A stretch of 64,000 nucleotides of DNA from Azolla caroliniana (Eukaryota; Plantae; Polypodiophyta), in contig JBHGNT010000016.1 in assembly GCA_043228905.1 (NCBI GenBank), positions 992,001-1,056,000 on the forward strand, read 5' to 3'. The first letter of the stretch is position 1, and each line of letters starts with the position of its first letter. The notes beneath the pieces are model-generated. The model was not told the origin of the DNA. It did not search any database and was given only the letters and a program-made list of their open reading frames with translations. Made by a program: the position numbers and the translations under genes. Shown in pieces: positions 50,762 to 64,000 of the stretch.

Positions 50762-53641
50762 ATTTAGATTGACCTTTTCTTCACATATTGTCATGGATGT
50801 GGCTTTCCCCCTATTGCTATGTAAAATGCTCTAGGGACACCCTTATATAGTACGAGTGCACCGTCTCCTTTCTATCATTATGTGAAGATCATCTGGTAGA
50901 TACAGCCTTTAAGGTAGATTGAAGACATTGGTGTAACATTTGGATAATTTCATACTCTTGAATTCTGAGGGTTTTAATGTCAGCTGTCACATCTTTCTGC
51001 TCAAGATGCTGATTTGAAGTGCATACCCGTTGTAGTTGAATTAATTCCTTTCAATACTCAACTTTTAAGCAGTTGTATTTGTAACCTACAATGAATAGCT
51101 AACCTCTTTGGTGAGGCATCAAGGTTTCCAATGCCTCAAATTGAGTCTGTCTTTCTACATGTTATTTTTTACAAGCAAGATGTTGATATTTCCCTAACTC
51201 ATGAATCACCTTGCTCATTTACAAGCTATTTGTTGATATATGCTTGAGCCAAATATTTTATATTATGCTGTGAAAAACTTCAAAAAACATTATTCATGTG
51301 AGGTGCTTGATTGATCAGAGCTTTAGGGGTACTAATTGAAATTCTAACACTACATTGGCAGATAGAGTATTTTTCATGCATATATTTTAGGGTTCACACT
51401 GAATTGGATACCCAATCTCAGGAGTTTTCTTGTATCTCGCATTGGTTCCTTACTAATACACAAGATAAACGAGAATGATCACTTCAGAAAAATGATGCTA
51501 TTTTTATTTTTATTTTCGAGTTTGTTGGATATTTACATTTAGTGGTGAAACCTATGCCACAAGCATCACCATCATCTATGTATAGTCATCTCATTGTAAT
51601 GAAGGTGTATAACTTTTGTCTATGTTTCACTCGGTGAGTCTTATTACGGTTCATAAATACTGTTGGTTCACTAATAAGAGATATTATTTGCATAATATCT
51701 CTTATTAGTGAACACGAGAGAGGCTTCATTTGTAACCTCGAGCTTCTCACGATCTCGCCTTATAAGACCCTTTCCTGTCTTCTTATTTATTTCTTCTTAT
51801 TTCAAGTGGTTGCGAATGGGTTTTCTTGCTCTACACTCAAATAGTCAGCATCATTGTGTCTTTCTAGCTCTATCTTATATGCAGTGCTACTATCTGGCCA
51901 AAAGGCGATGAGAATCTCAGTATTTATGAACCTGCTTAGAGGGTAGAACTATAACACATGCATATGACATTTTGCTTGTGATTTACCCAAGATTATAAAG
52001 TTGAAATAATGATGATGTGTAACATCATAGATATCTTTGTCATTTTCAATTTGCTTGAAGTAGTGAATTACTTCGTAAATTAGTTTCTATTTTTTTTGCT
52101 TAGTAATTCTACGATTGGACAAATTGAAGACCCTTAATGTTATTATGGAAGGCCAAGTAGATATTGGTGCAATGCCGCTTATTTGAATAAGTTTGGGGTC
52201 AGTCAACCACTCGAAACTCATTAAAGGTTATAGATGAAAAAAGTAGTAGCTAGTGTATGTTTGATTAATATAGGTTTGCAACCATTTGCAATAAGTGTTT
52301 TGTTCTTCATCTCTTAAGGAATGATGAATACATATGTAGGAGATCAGGCACAAATTGATGCAAAAGCTTTTAATTTGCAAACATTGTGATGAATCAACCT
52401 GTTGAAACTCATGAAGACAAAAGGTTAAAGTAGTGGGAAATAATGGAGAAGTAATTTGTAAGTATGTTTGATTAATATGTGAGACAAAATATTAACTTGG
52501 ATAGGAGTTTCTTTCTTTGTTTAGGACTAAGCTACTGTAGAAGTTATCACTGATAGAACTAGAGAGAGAAAATGTATAATGGCAATATGTTTTATGTTCT
52601 CAATTTTGTAGAAATTGGCAAATGCTTAAAGATGTTTATTTACTTCATTTTCATTTAATATATGATAGATTATATTTCCGAAGGTATGAGTCTATGTACT
52701 TGGTGTAAATTTCTACTTATTGCAATACTTGCTATATGAGGTATATGTTAACATTTTGCTCAAGGTAATGATAAGAAACTAAAATTTTAAAGATATTTTA
52801 AATCAAACCTAACATTAGTACAATCTCTTAGACTTGAAACCACATACTTTAAAATAGATGAAGAGCTTTATGAACAAGCTTTGAGTGAAAAATAGATGAA
52901 GAGCTTAGAAGATACAAATCATCAAATGATGACATAGATATTCTAGTGTAAGGAATATAAAGTTCACATATTTTTAATTGAGAAACACAATTAAACCCTA
53001 AATGACCCTAAGTCCAATGAGAAATAGAGATAATAGAAGCTAGTGATGGTGAGGTACAATTGCCTTTATTTGTTGATGTAGAGTGGACCATATTGACAAA
53101 TTCAATATGTGTGTGTGTATATACATAAATATACTTAGTGTGAGTGAGTGAGAGAGAGATTGGCATTACTCTAGTGAAGGTTTTGATTTAGGATTAGTTC
53201 TAAAGAGAATGGATTTGCTAAACAAACGAATTCTTCTTCTAGACTATTCAAGTGAAAGCTAAAAGCCATCATTTCACGCAATGTTTGATTGCTCAAGAGA
53301 TTTGGGTTAAGTTTTTTCAAAATCGACAAGTTTTATCGCCTTGTGCCAAGACGGTGGGTTTTCTATTACAACTGACACAAGTCGCCCTGAGATCAGAGAC
53401 AGAGATCATTTGTCTCTTTCAAAGATGTCGAGAGTGTGACCTAATTGAGATATGCGTAGATGCTTCTTCTATTATGATGAGAAGCATGGAGTTGGAGCAT
53501 GTCTACAAAGGTAGAGCAATGACATGGTGATTGCAATTACTGGAGCAAGTCGAAGATTGCATGCCAAAGGGGCATGACTAGGAGAAAAATGAAAAAACTT
53601 AAAGAAGGGTATTCTCTAAAATTTCAAATTCTCTGTCTGTC

Positions 53642-53659
53642 TAGGGTTTATATATATAT
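53642..53659 (+). promoter_or_regulatory. Telo-box (TAGGGTTT) and TATA box of the NDPK promoter
   Basis: TAGGGTTTATATATATAT about 65-80 bp upstream of the ATG. Confidence 0.6.
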
Positions 53660-53720
53660 CCTCAGCTAAAACTCCTGGAGGCTACTTTCTTCACTGTTAC
53701 CTTTGCCTCACAGTGTAGCC

Positions 53721-55121
53721 ATGGAGCAGTCATTCATCATGATTAAGCCCGATGGCGTGCAGAGAGGCCTGGTATATCTTTTCTTCTATTTCCTTCCATT
53801 AATTGTTTTTTTCTTCTAACAGATGAGCAGTCTGTCATCGAGATCGATCTCTCTTTGTTTGTCCATTCTTCAATATCGCTGATATTTTGCAACTTTGCTT
53901 TCTGTAATAATATCACGGAATTCCTGGATTTTTTTTCTCTAGTAGATTTTATTCAAACTCTGGTTCTACACATAAACCTTCGGTGGTTCTCATTTGCAGG
54001 TCGGTGAAATCATTCGAAGGTTTGAGAAGAAGGGCTTCCAACTCGTCGGTGAGTTGCTATTCTGTTGTATCATTAGCATTTCATGTTGTTTACTATGGTC
54101 TTTACTTGTTTGTTTTCCTAGAAGCTTGGTTCTTAGTTTGTTTTCTGTAGTTCTTAGTTCTTCTACTTCTCCTTCAGATCTTCAGATACTGTTAGTTTTC
54201 CATGGCTCTTAAATGCTTATTCGTTTTCTGTGATTCTTAATTACTGTTTCTTCTCCTTAATTCTTCTGTGCTGTTATCTTCGGTTTTATATTTGACATTG
54301 TTTATTTTCGATCCCAATTTGATATATTTGCTTTTTATGCTGCGTAGTTATCGTTTCGTCTCAATGATCCATATGTACTGTTTGTCTACAGCGATTCATG
54401 AATGCTCACGTGACAACTATTCTTGTTTGTCTGTGTAGCTTTGAAACTCGAGCAGATAACTAAGTCTTTTGCTGAGAAGCATTATGAGGATCTGGCAGGG
54501 AAGCCTTTCTTCCCAGGGCTTGTAGATTATGTGTCTTCAGGACCTGTTGTGGCTATGGTGTGGCAAGGTAAAGGTGTTGTTCTTACTGGACGCAAGATAA
54601 TTGGAGCCACTAAACCTGCTGATTCTGCTCCTGGAACTATCAGAGGAGATTTTGGTATTGATGTTGGAAGGTGAGCTTGTTGTTTTACCCCAACTCTTAC
54701 TAATTAATTTGTAATTAAGGATTTTATCTAAGTAATCCAAGTGCTTTGTGGTGTGACAATGTAATGAGCTACCAACATTGTACTTTGGCGATATAAAAAA
54801 TCTTTATATTAATCGTAAACATAAGTGCTTTGTAGTACTGAATGTGGTTTTGTTAGTTAGAAGCTAATTAACCACATTGGCTAGTTTTGAATTTTTCTTT
54901 GTAATAAGGCTACAATTATGGCAAGTGAAGAATGAAGTGAAATGAATGTGAGGTAGTGATTACTGAATGTTAAATGTTGTTTCCGTCTTTCTATATGTAT
55001 ATGCAGGAATATCATTCATGGGAGTGATGCTGTTGAGAGTGCGAGAAAGGAAATTGCATTATGGTTTCCTGATGGGGTCACAGAGTGGCAAAGCAGTGTT
55101 GCCTCTTGGATTTACGAGTAA
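53721..55121 (+). CDS. NDPK1: Cytosolic nucleoside diphosphate kinase, 148 aa, 4 exons
   Basis: [32 protein letters not shown] active site; exons 53721-53771, 54000-54048, 54439-54670, 55007-55121. Confidence 0.97.
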
Positions 55122-57001
55122 ATCCCTGTAGTTCCTTGGTCTTGCGGGGCATATTTATTTCAGTTTTTTAACATTAAAGTTATCAGTTATTGCCTATCTG
55201 TGCCTCGTTCTATAAATGTGTACATCCTTATTTTCATAATGTTGTCATGTCATGATCGATTATTTGAAAACAGAATATTACTATATAAAAAACTTGTCAT
55301 GTGATTCCTTTCGTATGTCATAAATGTGGAAACTTCTAGAAAGCTAGGAAGGCAATGCATTGTATTCATAGAACAAAATAAACGTGTTCGTGCAACCATA
55401 CAAATGTTTGAAAACACTTGGAAACGAACACGTTTGAAAATGGAAAAATGCGTGTTCCTTTTTTCTTGTCTCTATCTTTTCTTATTATTGGAAATTACCT
55501 TACCCTAGCGGTAAGTTGATCTGCTACTGCTGCCCATGTCTTCTCTCTCTCTCTCTCTCGTGTGTCATAGTAAAATTTTATGGAGTCATGTTTTTCTCAT
55601 ATTCTCGAATATATGATTTGTGAGTTTTTTAATGTTTGATTATAATTTATAATGATATATTTTGATTCAATCTCTATAGTTCATACTCATTTTTTTGTAA
55701 AGTTCTAATGTGAAGAAATTGATACCGTCACTAGTTGCGAGGTGAGAACACATCGATAATTGCAAGATGAGCTAGCTCATCATCAATACAATTATGTCTT
55801 TGTACTATTTAATTTTTATGTTCGTGCTTTCTAATGTTTAGTAGTTAAGTAATTCCTGAGTTTTGAACTTTTAATTGTGTTGACATGTGATTCAATCAAT
55901 ATATAATATAGACCATAGTCATTTTTTGAAATTCAACTTGTGATCCAATCCAACATTGAGATGATTTACTATACATGTTTGATTGAATTATTCTCGAATG
56001 TGAATGTGCGTATGATAAGTATGGTTCATTCTATGATTGTATTGTTATGTATTGTGTTTATTTCTTGGATATTTGAGCCCCAACATCACATAGTCACCAA
56101 GCTACCTCTCTTCAACACCGAGCTTTCATTAACACAATAGTCTCAGTACTTGTTTCATCTTCATGTATACTCAGTCAAAATATCATCTGTTTGGTTTGTC
56201 TTTGGTGTAACAAATTATATTTGTATGGGTAAGACCTTGTCTGGATATTAAACAACCTTTCATCATCATCTCTACAAGTGGTTGGCCAATAAACCATCTC
56301 TGAATGGACTGTGCTTCTTACAATAGCTAAACAACCAATGGTGTTAAAGTAACTATGTCACTAAAACGATAATTATATATCCTCCAATGGTATTTAATAG
56401 TGGATTTTGTCCAATTTTGATGGGTGATTCTATTACCATTACTACTTGTAAGGTATTCATAGTAGATTACTCACTTTCAATACACACTAATGCCAAGCTA
56501 ATACCAACAGTGTAGACTTGATATTGAATAAGAAGCTGGGCACACAAATTGTGATTGGATCTAAGTCATCTCCAAGATAAGTGATCTTCAAAGAGTTGAG
56601 AAAATCTTTTATGCCTCTTGACTGTTGAAAGAAAGTTCAGCAAACTAACATGGTTCCTTTAACCCTTATGTACCGAGAGATTGACTGTTGTCTAGAAGAA
56701 AAGCCTTATACTGAGAGATTGACCTGGATAACGAATTCATAACAATAATCAAAATGATTATGTTTTTAGAATTCTTCAGGTAGAACGTTTCTCCTCCCTA
56801 AAAATTTAAATGGAAAAACTTGGTAATAGGTAGATACATAACTACAGATATCCGCAGATCTTTCCTTCGATTAAAAGTTGACGCGAAACTTGTAGATCGG
56901 TGCCAGAAATCTATTACTAATTTGCTAACCTTTTCTTCGATTAAAGGAGAGACAAATTAAAAAGACAGTAAAACTCCAGATAAGTTTAAAACAGTTCAAG
57001 A

Positions 57002-57073
57002 AGCCACCAGCGAGGATCGAACTCGCGACCTTTCCCTTACGAAGGGAACGCACTACCACTGTGCTATGGAGGC
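57002..57073 (-). tRNA. tRNA-Thr(CGT)
   Basis: Full cloverleaf with A and B boxes and anticodon CGT; TTTT terminator about 10 nt downstream. Confidence 0.95.
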
Positions 57074-58204
57074 GTGATGTCTAAGCATAATTTGAGTTCA
57101 CTTATGAATAATGTAAAAGAGATCTCTTCATTGCAACCAAGTCTCCCTTTTCCCCCACCCCATATAGTTTTTCAAGATTATGTACAGACTTGGCTCAAAT
57201 CGACGGTCAATATACATAAATGATGCATTTTACACACAATCTCTACATCAACAGTGACTACGCAACGAGAGACGACAAAATAAAATAAAACATTGTAAGT
57301 AATGACAGATTGCTACAAAATGTAATAATTAAAGTAACTTTTAACGTTTGACCAAAGGATTTCCCAAAGATGTGTCTGTTTGTCACTCTACACTCATTAG
57401 ATGAATGGATGTTAAGATCAAACTCTATTTACATTACCAGTTTGTTCCACCAACGTTTGTTAAATTTCCAAAAACCCCAGATGTGTCCACAATGGGATTA
57501 TTTGTTTAAAATTTATCCATAACTTTGTTCCTCCAGATTCACAAAGATGTTACCTGTTTGTCAACTCTAACACTCATTAGATGAATGGAAGTTTAGATCA
57601 AACTCTATTTACTTTCCTACTAATGATATTTACATGTATAGTCCACAATGGGATTATTCGTTTAAAAATGGTCCTAAACATTTTGAGGCATGAAACCCAA
57701 TATTCCAATAGCACTTTGGGCTAATCCTCGACATTTCTAGATATTACCAATGCAGAAATTTAGCAACCTGTTTCTGAAGAAATATTCACAAAACAGCTTA
57801 ATATTCCTTAATCTTTATAAATAGATGGGATACAGATGACTGTTACAAATTTCAAATGACGATTTCTAAATATTAATAAAAATGCAGAAATCTGGAAATC
57901 TTTTTATAAAGAGATTTATAAAGAAAACCAGTTTATATCCCAGAAAACCTTCTAGTCATTGAATAATTATATTCCATCATGATGGATGAGAAAATTCCTA
58001 ACAAACAAAGAAACATCAGTCATACAATTGAACTTAATTTTTGCCCAAACAATCTTGTTAAAAAAACATTGAGAATAGAATTAAACCCTGAAAATTGCAA
58101 ATGTCTAACATTAGACATTCACTGATGCATAAAAAAAGATTAACAATTTGTTTTGTACTACAATGTCAGAGAACACTACAATCTCAGGATACCAAACGTC
58201 AAGC

Positions 58205-60480
58205 TCAAACTTTATATCCTCTAGAGTTTCTGCGACCACGGGCTTTCTCATATTTCCTTCCTTTTGATTGTACATAGGGTTTGGCGGAGCTATGTGGAAC
58301 ACCAGGAGCTCTGCCAAAATGTTTCACTGCTTCACGTGCATTCTTTGGACCTCTGAGAAGGATCTACATAAACAGAGTGATAATCTTTAGGGTATTACTT
58401 ATTCAATACATTCGCAAATAAATGCATATAAATGTAAACCAGTTGAAAAGACAGCAAAAACAATGTAAATTCAAATGAAGATATGGATATATGACAAGCC
58501 TAAGAAAAATTAATTCAAGATATGGAGAATTAAATTGAAGCAGATATAAAGACTTCAAATTCAAATTCAGATATAATTGTAGAAGATATAAAGAATATGT
58601 CTAGCTCCAATAATCTGTCACACTATAAATAAAATCTAAAGGCCAACATTATTGACATCAAACGATAAAACACTATAAAACCTAATAGATCATTGTAGCA
58701 GACATATGATTCCAGATATACAACATACCGTATTAGATCCTGTGGGTGCTCTCAAAGCAAGCTGATCAAATGTAAGACACTCCCCACCAGATTTAAGGAT
58801 CCTCGCACGAGCGGTCTCTGTGAAACGCAATGCTGCAACACTTAGCTTAGGTAGGTTATATAGCCTTACATCATCTGTCACTGTTCCAACAACAACTGCG
58901 ATTTTGTCATCCTACATTGACAAGAAACAAGGACTGTTCTTAGTATACTCAAAAGAGTAAACACAAGAGGTCTATCTTAAATCTATTTATATATTACATT
59001 ACTGAGATCCATTACATAATTCTGCTTGAACAGTAAAACAAAAAAAAACATAATTCAATTTACACTAGAGTGCTACAACATAAACATAGATAGAGAGATT
59101 CATTACCTTTCCCTCCATGTAACGTGTAAGACGTGAAAGAGAAAGAGGTGCTCTATTGGTTCTACTCATAAAAAGACGTTTAAGAATCACAGCATTGAAG
59201 GGACTTCCAGTTCTCCTTACTAGAAACCTGTAGAGCTAAGATATCATAGAAGATACTAAGTAGGGAATGCATAAAACCCCTGAAAGAATGAGAAACAAGA
59301 TTACAAATAAGTATAAAAATTCTATACCTTAACTACAAGCTTAAGGTAGACATTCTCGCTCTTAGGAGCTGTGCGTTTCGTCTTCTTGTTTCGCCCACCA
59401 GCAGGCAAATCGATACCCTGTAAACATCAAAGGTTAATAAACAAGACTGAGTTAACACCATTATATTTGCGCTTGGGACGTACGAATAGTGGTGGTTACT
59501 ACACAAACAAATAGTATCTTCACAACCACGTAACACTGTCCTAAGTTCTCCTATCATACCAATTGCACTCACAAAGATACTAGAGAAACACACAGATTCT
59601 CTATTATATCTAATTGAAGGTTGTATCTTCGAGACAAACTATCAGAAACATTCTCGAAATAATATTTAACATGAAATCGTGTTTACTAGGTCTTCGCTAT
59701 AGGATAATAATTAGCATACATTGATTAATTTCATCAATAGAATTTAATGCTGAATTAAACACGTATAGTTTTTTTACAGATAAAACCGCTTAATTAAACG
59801 CTTGTGACAAGCACCGAAGCAAAAACACTTTATCCACTTTGCCCTTGGTATACTAGTCTATTCTACAAGAGTGCATGTTTCTGAGAATAAGTTGACGATC
59901 GTGCAGATACACGACGCATTGAGTGGCAATATTCAATTGTCCCTTGGTAGAACAGGCTAACCATCGATACTGCATTAGCCAGAACATAAGGTTCTACTTC
60001 AAATAGAACATAGAGATACCACTTACTATATCATCTGTCAAACTCATCATATTTTCCATGAGTGCAAAGTTTATACATTGTTAAAATAAGATAAGACCTA
60101 CGGTGAAGAAGACGGAAGCATGAAAGGGAGAGGCGATGTGAAACAGATCTAACATAACCTTACCTCGGTAAAACGGAATGAATCATCACAGGAAAAAACC
60201 AGGGCAAGTATTACAGAATGCAGAAAAGTAGTAATGAATCAATTAAAAAAAGAAGAACGGAAATTCGCAAATACTTACAAATCAAAGGTTTCCAAAGAGG
60301 AAGGAGAACTTTACCACAGAGACAGAAGCCGCAAACAAGGAGACGGAAAGGGATTTTTATAGAGGCGAACGAAAATGATTACAGTGAAAAGACAGAGAAA
60401 TTAAGGGAAGATCGCGAATTAAAAACAGAGACAATACAAGGAAACCGAGGGAGGTATAGTGAGGGTTGAGATTTTACCAT
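58205..60480 (-). CDS. RPL18: 60S ribosomal protein L18 (eL18), 187 aa, 5 exons
   Basis: M|[55 protein letters not shown]; exons 60478-60480, 59328-59417, 59107-59235, 58729-58911, 58205-58363. Confidence 0.98.
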
Positions 60481-60554
60481 GGCTGTGGAAAGGAAGAAGA
60501 AACTCTTTCCGTCTTTCTTCGACTTATTTCCTGTCTCCAAGCCTTCGCGATTGG

Positions 60555-60626
60555 GAAGAAGGCGTGAGCGAAACCCTAGAAATTGAATTTATACTACAGG
60601 GATTCCGTCGCAGAAACTAGGGTTTT
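60555..60626 (-). promoter_or_regulatory. RPL18 promoter: two telo-boxes, TATA box, pyrimidine-rich start
   Basis: AAACCCTA at 60571-60578, TAGGGTTT at 60618-60625, TATAAATT at 60586-60593 (minus). Confidence 0.7.
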
Positions 60627-62867
60627 ACGCGAGCTTTCATTTCACACGGGGCGGACGGACGGACGAACGGCGGCTCTCTCCATTTGTATTGATTCATTCG
60701 TTCAAATACATGCATTCATGCCAAGGAAATATATGCCATCGAGTAACACTTTCTCATACCTCTATCGAACCGACTGTATGTGCTCATCAATGCTGAAGTT
60801 CCCAATGTGTGTATGTATATACACACGTTGGAATCATCTCTTGATATTCCTAGTATATATGTTCCTAAACAAACCAAGGCGATATACGCCAAAAACTTAT
60901 CGTTATGGAGCATAATACCTCAAATTTTGAAGATGATAGTTTACATTGCATCTTGGCATCAATCGATGTTTAAAACAGAAAAAAAAAAAACAAGACAAAT
61001 CATGGGTCATACATTGTGGCTCTATTGTCTTTATAAGAGTTATTGTCAATGCCAGGTGAAACTAACGCTATTGAAAGACATTTAAACATCAATGCCCAAT
61101 GTCCATCATCACGTAATTACTCATTTGTGTATTAATCACTAAAAGAGTAGAAAGTTTTGTTGAGTTAAAATACTAAGAAGATCCAACACCTATCCCTAAG
61201 AAGATCGAGATGAATCAAAACACTAATAAGGTATTTGACATGAACCTTGCTATATAATGAGCATAGAATTTGTGTTTCCTATGAATTACAAAGCACAAGT
61301 TACTACTCATTCATGTATTAATCACTAAAATATTAAACTATTGGCATTAACACCTGCCCCTACAAAATACTTATGAAGTATTTACAACAAACCATACAAT
61401 ATAATGAACATAAGTCATACACAATGTAACCATGTATTGTGGTATAGAATATCATGGTGATAGTGGTGGTTACTACACAAACAAATAGTAACTTTGACCG
61501 TAAGTCAAATGTTTGACTTATGTTTCCGCGCAATTGCTAAGAGCACCTTGTGCATCTATACATGAAGTCCAGACATTCAGAATTTAGAAAATTACATGGA
61601 AATGCATCACAAAACCACAAGCCTTTTTATCCTTTCAAGATTATTTATCATGATAATATGCCCAAAATCCTCGACAAACAAATATTTGTTATTAGTAGCA
61701 GTTTTAGTCCAACCTAAGGATATGAAAATTGCCTTTGCAGAAAAACCATATTATATGCATGGTTGATGAGAAGGGGATAGATCATAAAAATCCACAAAGA
61801 AGATATATTAAATAAAGGCTGATGAACATGACAATGCCAAATGCCAAACAAAGATTTGTTATTACTAAATTGCCATTGCAGAAAAACCATATTATATGCA
61901 CTGTTGATGAGAAGAGGGTAGATGATGAAAATCCACAAAGAAGATATATTAAATAAAGGCTGATGAACATGACAATGCCAAATGCCAAAACTTGATCATA
62001 GAATCACTCCCCCAAAAGAGAATCAAGTTGAAATAACTGGCATTTCTGTACACGGGAATAGTAGGAACAATAGCTACTTCTAAATCATTAAAAGATAATA
62101 ATGTATGCTTATTTATACTAAGCATCTCACTGTTACCAAGCAAGCATGCATGTTTATTTTGCATAATGCCAAAAAATCACAGGCAAAATTCCATGAACAA
62201 TTTTACCGACTTTATTAACTGATTCAAGGCATTTCACATAACAGAAAACATCAATTTCTTATTCTTTCAGTCGATGTCACGAGAAATGACAAATGCATCA
62301 TCCATGTAAATTTTGACAGTAGTAGTTTCTACCAAGCCATTGCCTGTAGTCTTTCCATGTGGAGGAAGTATGTCATTATCCATTGAAGTATTGCTGTACA
62401 ACTTCACAAAATCAACAGCAAATGCTGTATTTTGTAAATCTGATCAACCTAAAGTTATACATACCTTTAATTCTTGTACCTAACATATTTGCAGCATAGT
62501 CATCCAAATAGTCGTTGATGAATGGTTAGATGTGATTATAGAACTTGCCGACAAGTCCCATCGCAGTTCATTGAAACATCATAACTATCCTGAAGCTCAG
62601 TCAGTTATCTTTATTCCATCATACTAATCACTTAGGTTACAAAGTTATGACACAATCAACTGCAATATTGGTACCTACGAAACTAGAATCGAGGAGATTA
62701 TCTGCGCTAGAATGTTGAGATATCTCCATATATGAGTGGTTTGATAAGCTCAGATAGTATAGTGGGGAACAGGTTAGCTTGCCTCTAACAACTCAACGTT
62801 TCTGTATAGCTCCGAATCTAGGTTCAACAAGTGAACAAGAACTTTCCAAGAATAGTTATATGGTATA

Positions 62868-63614
62868 TCATATCTCTTGCCTGCCACCTTGGAGTCCATG
62901 AGCTAAATTAGCTAGATAAGGATCGGTTTGTGAACCGTTTGTCAGGAGAAGCACTAACTTGTTCAGCTCCTTGTCAAACTCCTCTTCAATTTTCCTACAA
63001 GAAAAGGTAAAGCAACATTAAAAAAAATGAAATTTTTCATTCAAAGAAGAGCATAATTGGTGATTTCAGTTCTGGCTAGACCCCAAAGTAGTTCGGAAGG
63101 TGGCCTCATCCGATGGATTAAACACCCTTGTAGCTTGATCCCGTCCTTGTCGGCTTCTTGAAGCTTTTATAGCCTTCGCTGATTTCTGTGCATCCATCTG
63201 ATCATACGTGTTGATATCCGGTGTGAACATAGAAGGTATCAACCACTGTGTTGCAGTTGCATATTGCAGACAGATCGATTTCAGCTTCTCTATTTTCTGC
63301 ACGTACATATTAATTAGTCTCTCATCCAGAACATCTAATGGTAGTCCAGTATAATTATGAGCGTAGATGAAACTCCACAAGCTATCCACTCACCCTAAGA
63401 ATACTAAGCCAAAGCAAGAGACATTCTTTGAGGCATTTATCCAAGAAAAAATCATGCTGTGCTATAACCTGGACAAGAAAACAAATCTTTTGATATTGTA
63501 TAACAATTCCATTTATGGCAAAACAAAGATTTATTAAATACCATCTCAGACCTCATCAATGCTTTTAAGTGACTGCAATTTTCCATACATTACATGCCAG
63601 TTGGGCTCAATTAC
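62868..63614 (-). CDS. GCP2: Gamma-tubulin complex component 2, last four coding exons (gene continues past the window)
   Basis: VIEPNWHVM..SIDE|VIAQHDFFLDKCLKECLLL..|KIEKLKSICLQYATATQWLI..DPYLANLA; exons 63552-63614, 63394-63468, 63082-63296, 62868-62994. Confidence 0.92.
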
Positions 63615-64000
63615 CTGTTATTAACAACCAGCTACTATCAGAAAATTTACAAATGTTTTACTTTGCTCGGCAGACCAAAGCATTATATTAAACTCTAAGC
63701 ATTCCAGAAAAAACCAAGTTCTTTTTTTAAACGGCTCTATTTCTGTTCTTATTTTTCAACTTTTCACCAATCCCTCACATAGTTCTCATTCACGTTCAAA
63801 ACTCCTCCAAACAACAGTTGTCCACACACATTCTCTCCACATAATTCACATTGTGATATGTGTAATTGTTTCTGATCTCAGATGAGCATGCACGTCAAAT
63901 CTGCGTCCTGGATCTGATACCATGCTTCACTGCAGCCGCCAGATTAGTTAACCTCATTCACAAGTTGAATTCTCTAATAAAAAGTAAGCACGCACATAAT

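Noticed and set aside
53233-53530. Possible terminal NSE1 exon or separate 92-aa gene
   Set aside because: A phase-0 acceptor exists but the peptide is unrecognisable; cannot be supported without transcripts
57365-57670. Duplicated hairpin-ACA motifs downstream of RPL18 as H/ACA snoRNAs
   Set aside because: H box and ACA spacing differ between the two copies; treated as a tandem duplication
61761-61965. TGATGA..CTGA pairs in the 141-bp duplication as C/D snoRNAs
   Set aside because: No terminal stem or recognisable rRNA antisense element; motifs are common in AT-rich DNA
63326-63338. CCAGAACATCTAA, apparently complementary to an 18S rRNA segment
   Set aside because: On the strand opposite GCP2 in a short intron, with no C/D boxes; likely chance
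63865-63960. GC-richer hairpin (TCAGAT/ATCTGA) with ACA in a GCP2 intron
   Set aside because: Short stem and wrong box spacing; insufficient evidence for an ncRNA

Overview
AT-rich nuclear DNA from a land plant. The spliceosomal introns, plant gene set and Tcn1-type chromovirus suggest a seed-free plant such as a fern (inference). Host genes reconstructed by hand from splice sites: first exon of a DRM1/ARP dormancy-associated gene (-), an intronless 316-aa uncharacterised ORF (+), 20S proteasome alpha-7 (-), a TIFY/JAZ repressor (-), NSE1 of the SMC5/6 complex (+), cytosolic NDPK (+), RPL18 (-), the 3' exons of GCP2 (-) and two tRNA-Thr(CGT) genes. Mobile elements: a decayed L1-type LINE (15-bp TSD) that hosts an intact Ty3/gypsy chromovirus with identical LTRs; a deleted Ty1/copia interrupted by a 704-bp TG..CA insertion; a 5'-truncated LINE; and a hAT-type MITE. 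The most notable signal is in the chromovirus. It has no tRNA primer-binding site. Instead an 11-nt site matches the predicted 5' end of its own transcript (Tf1-style self-priming), an LTR hairpin could mask the 3' copy of that primer, and a -1 frameshift signal with a possible pseudoknot joins gag and pol. No database searches were run; family calls rest on recognised motifs.
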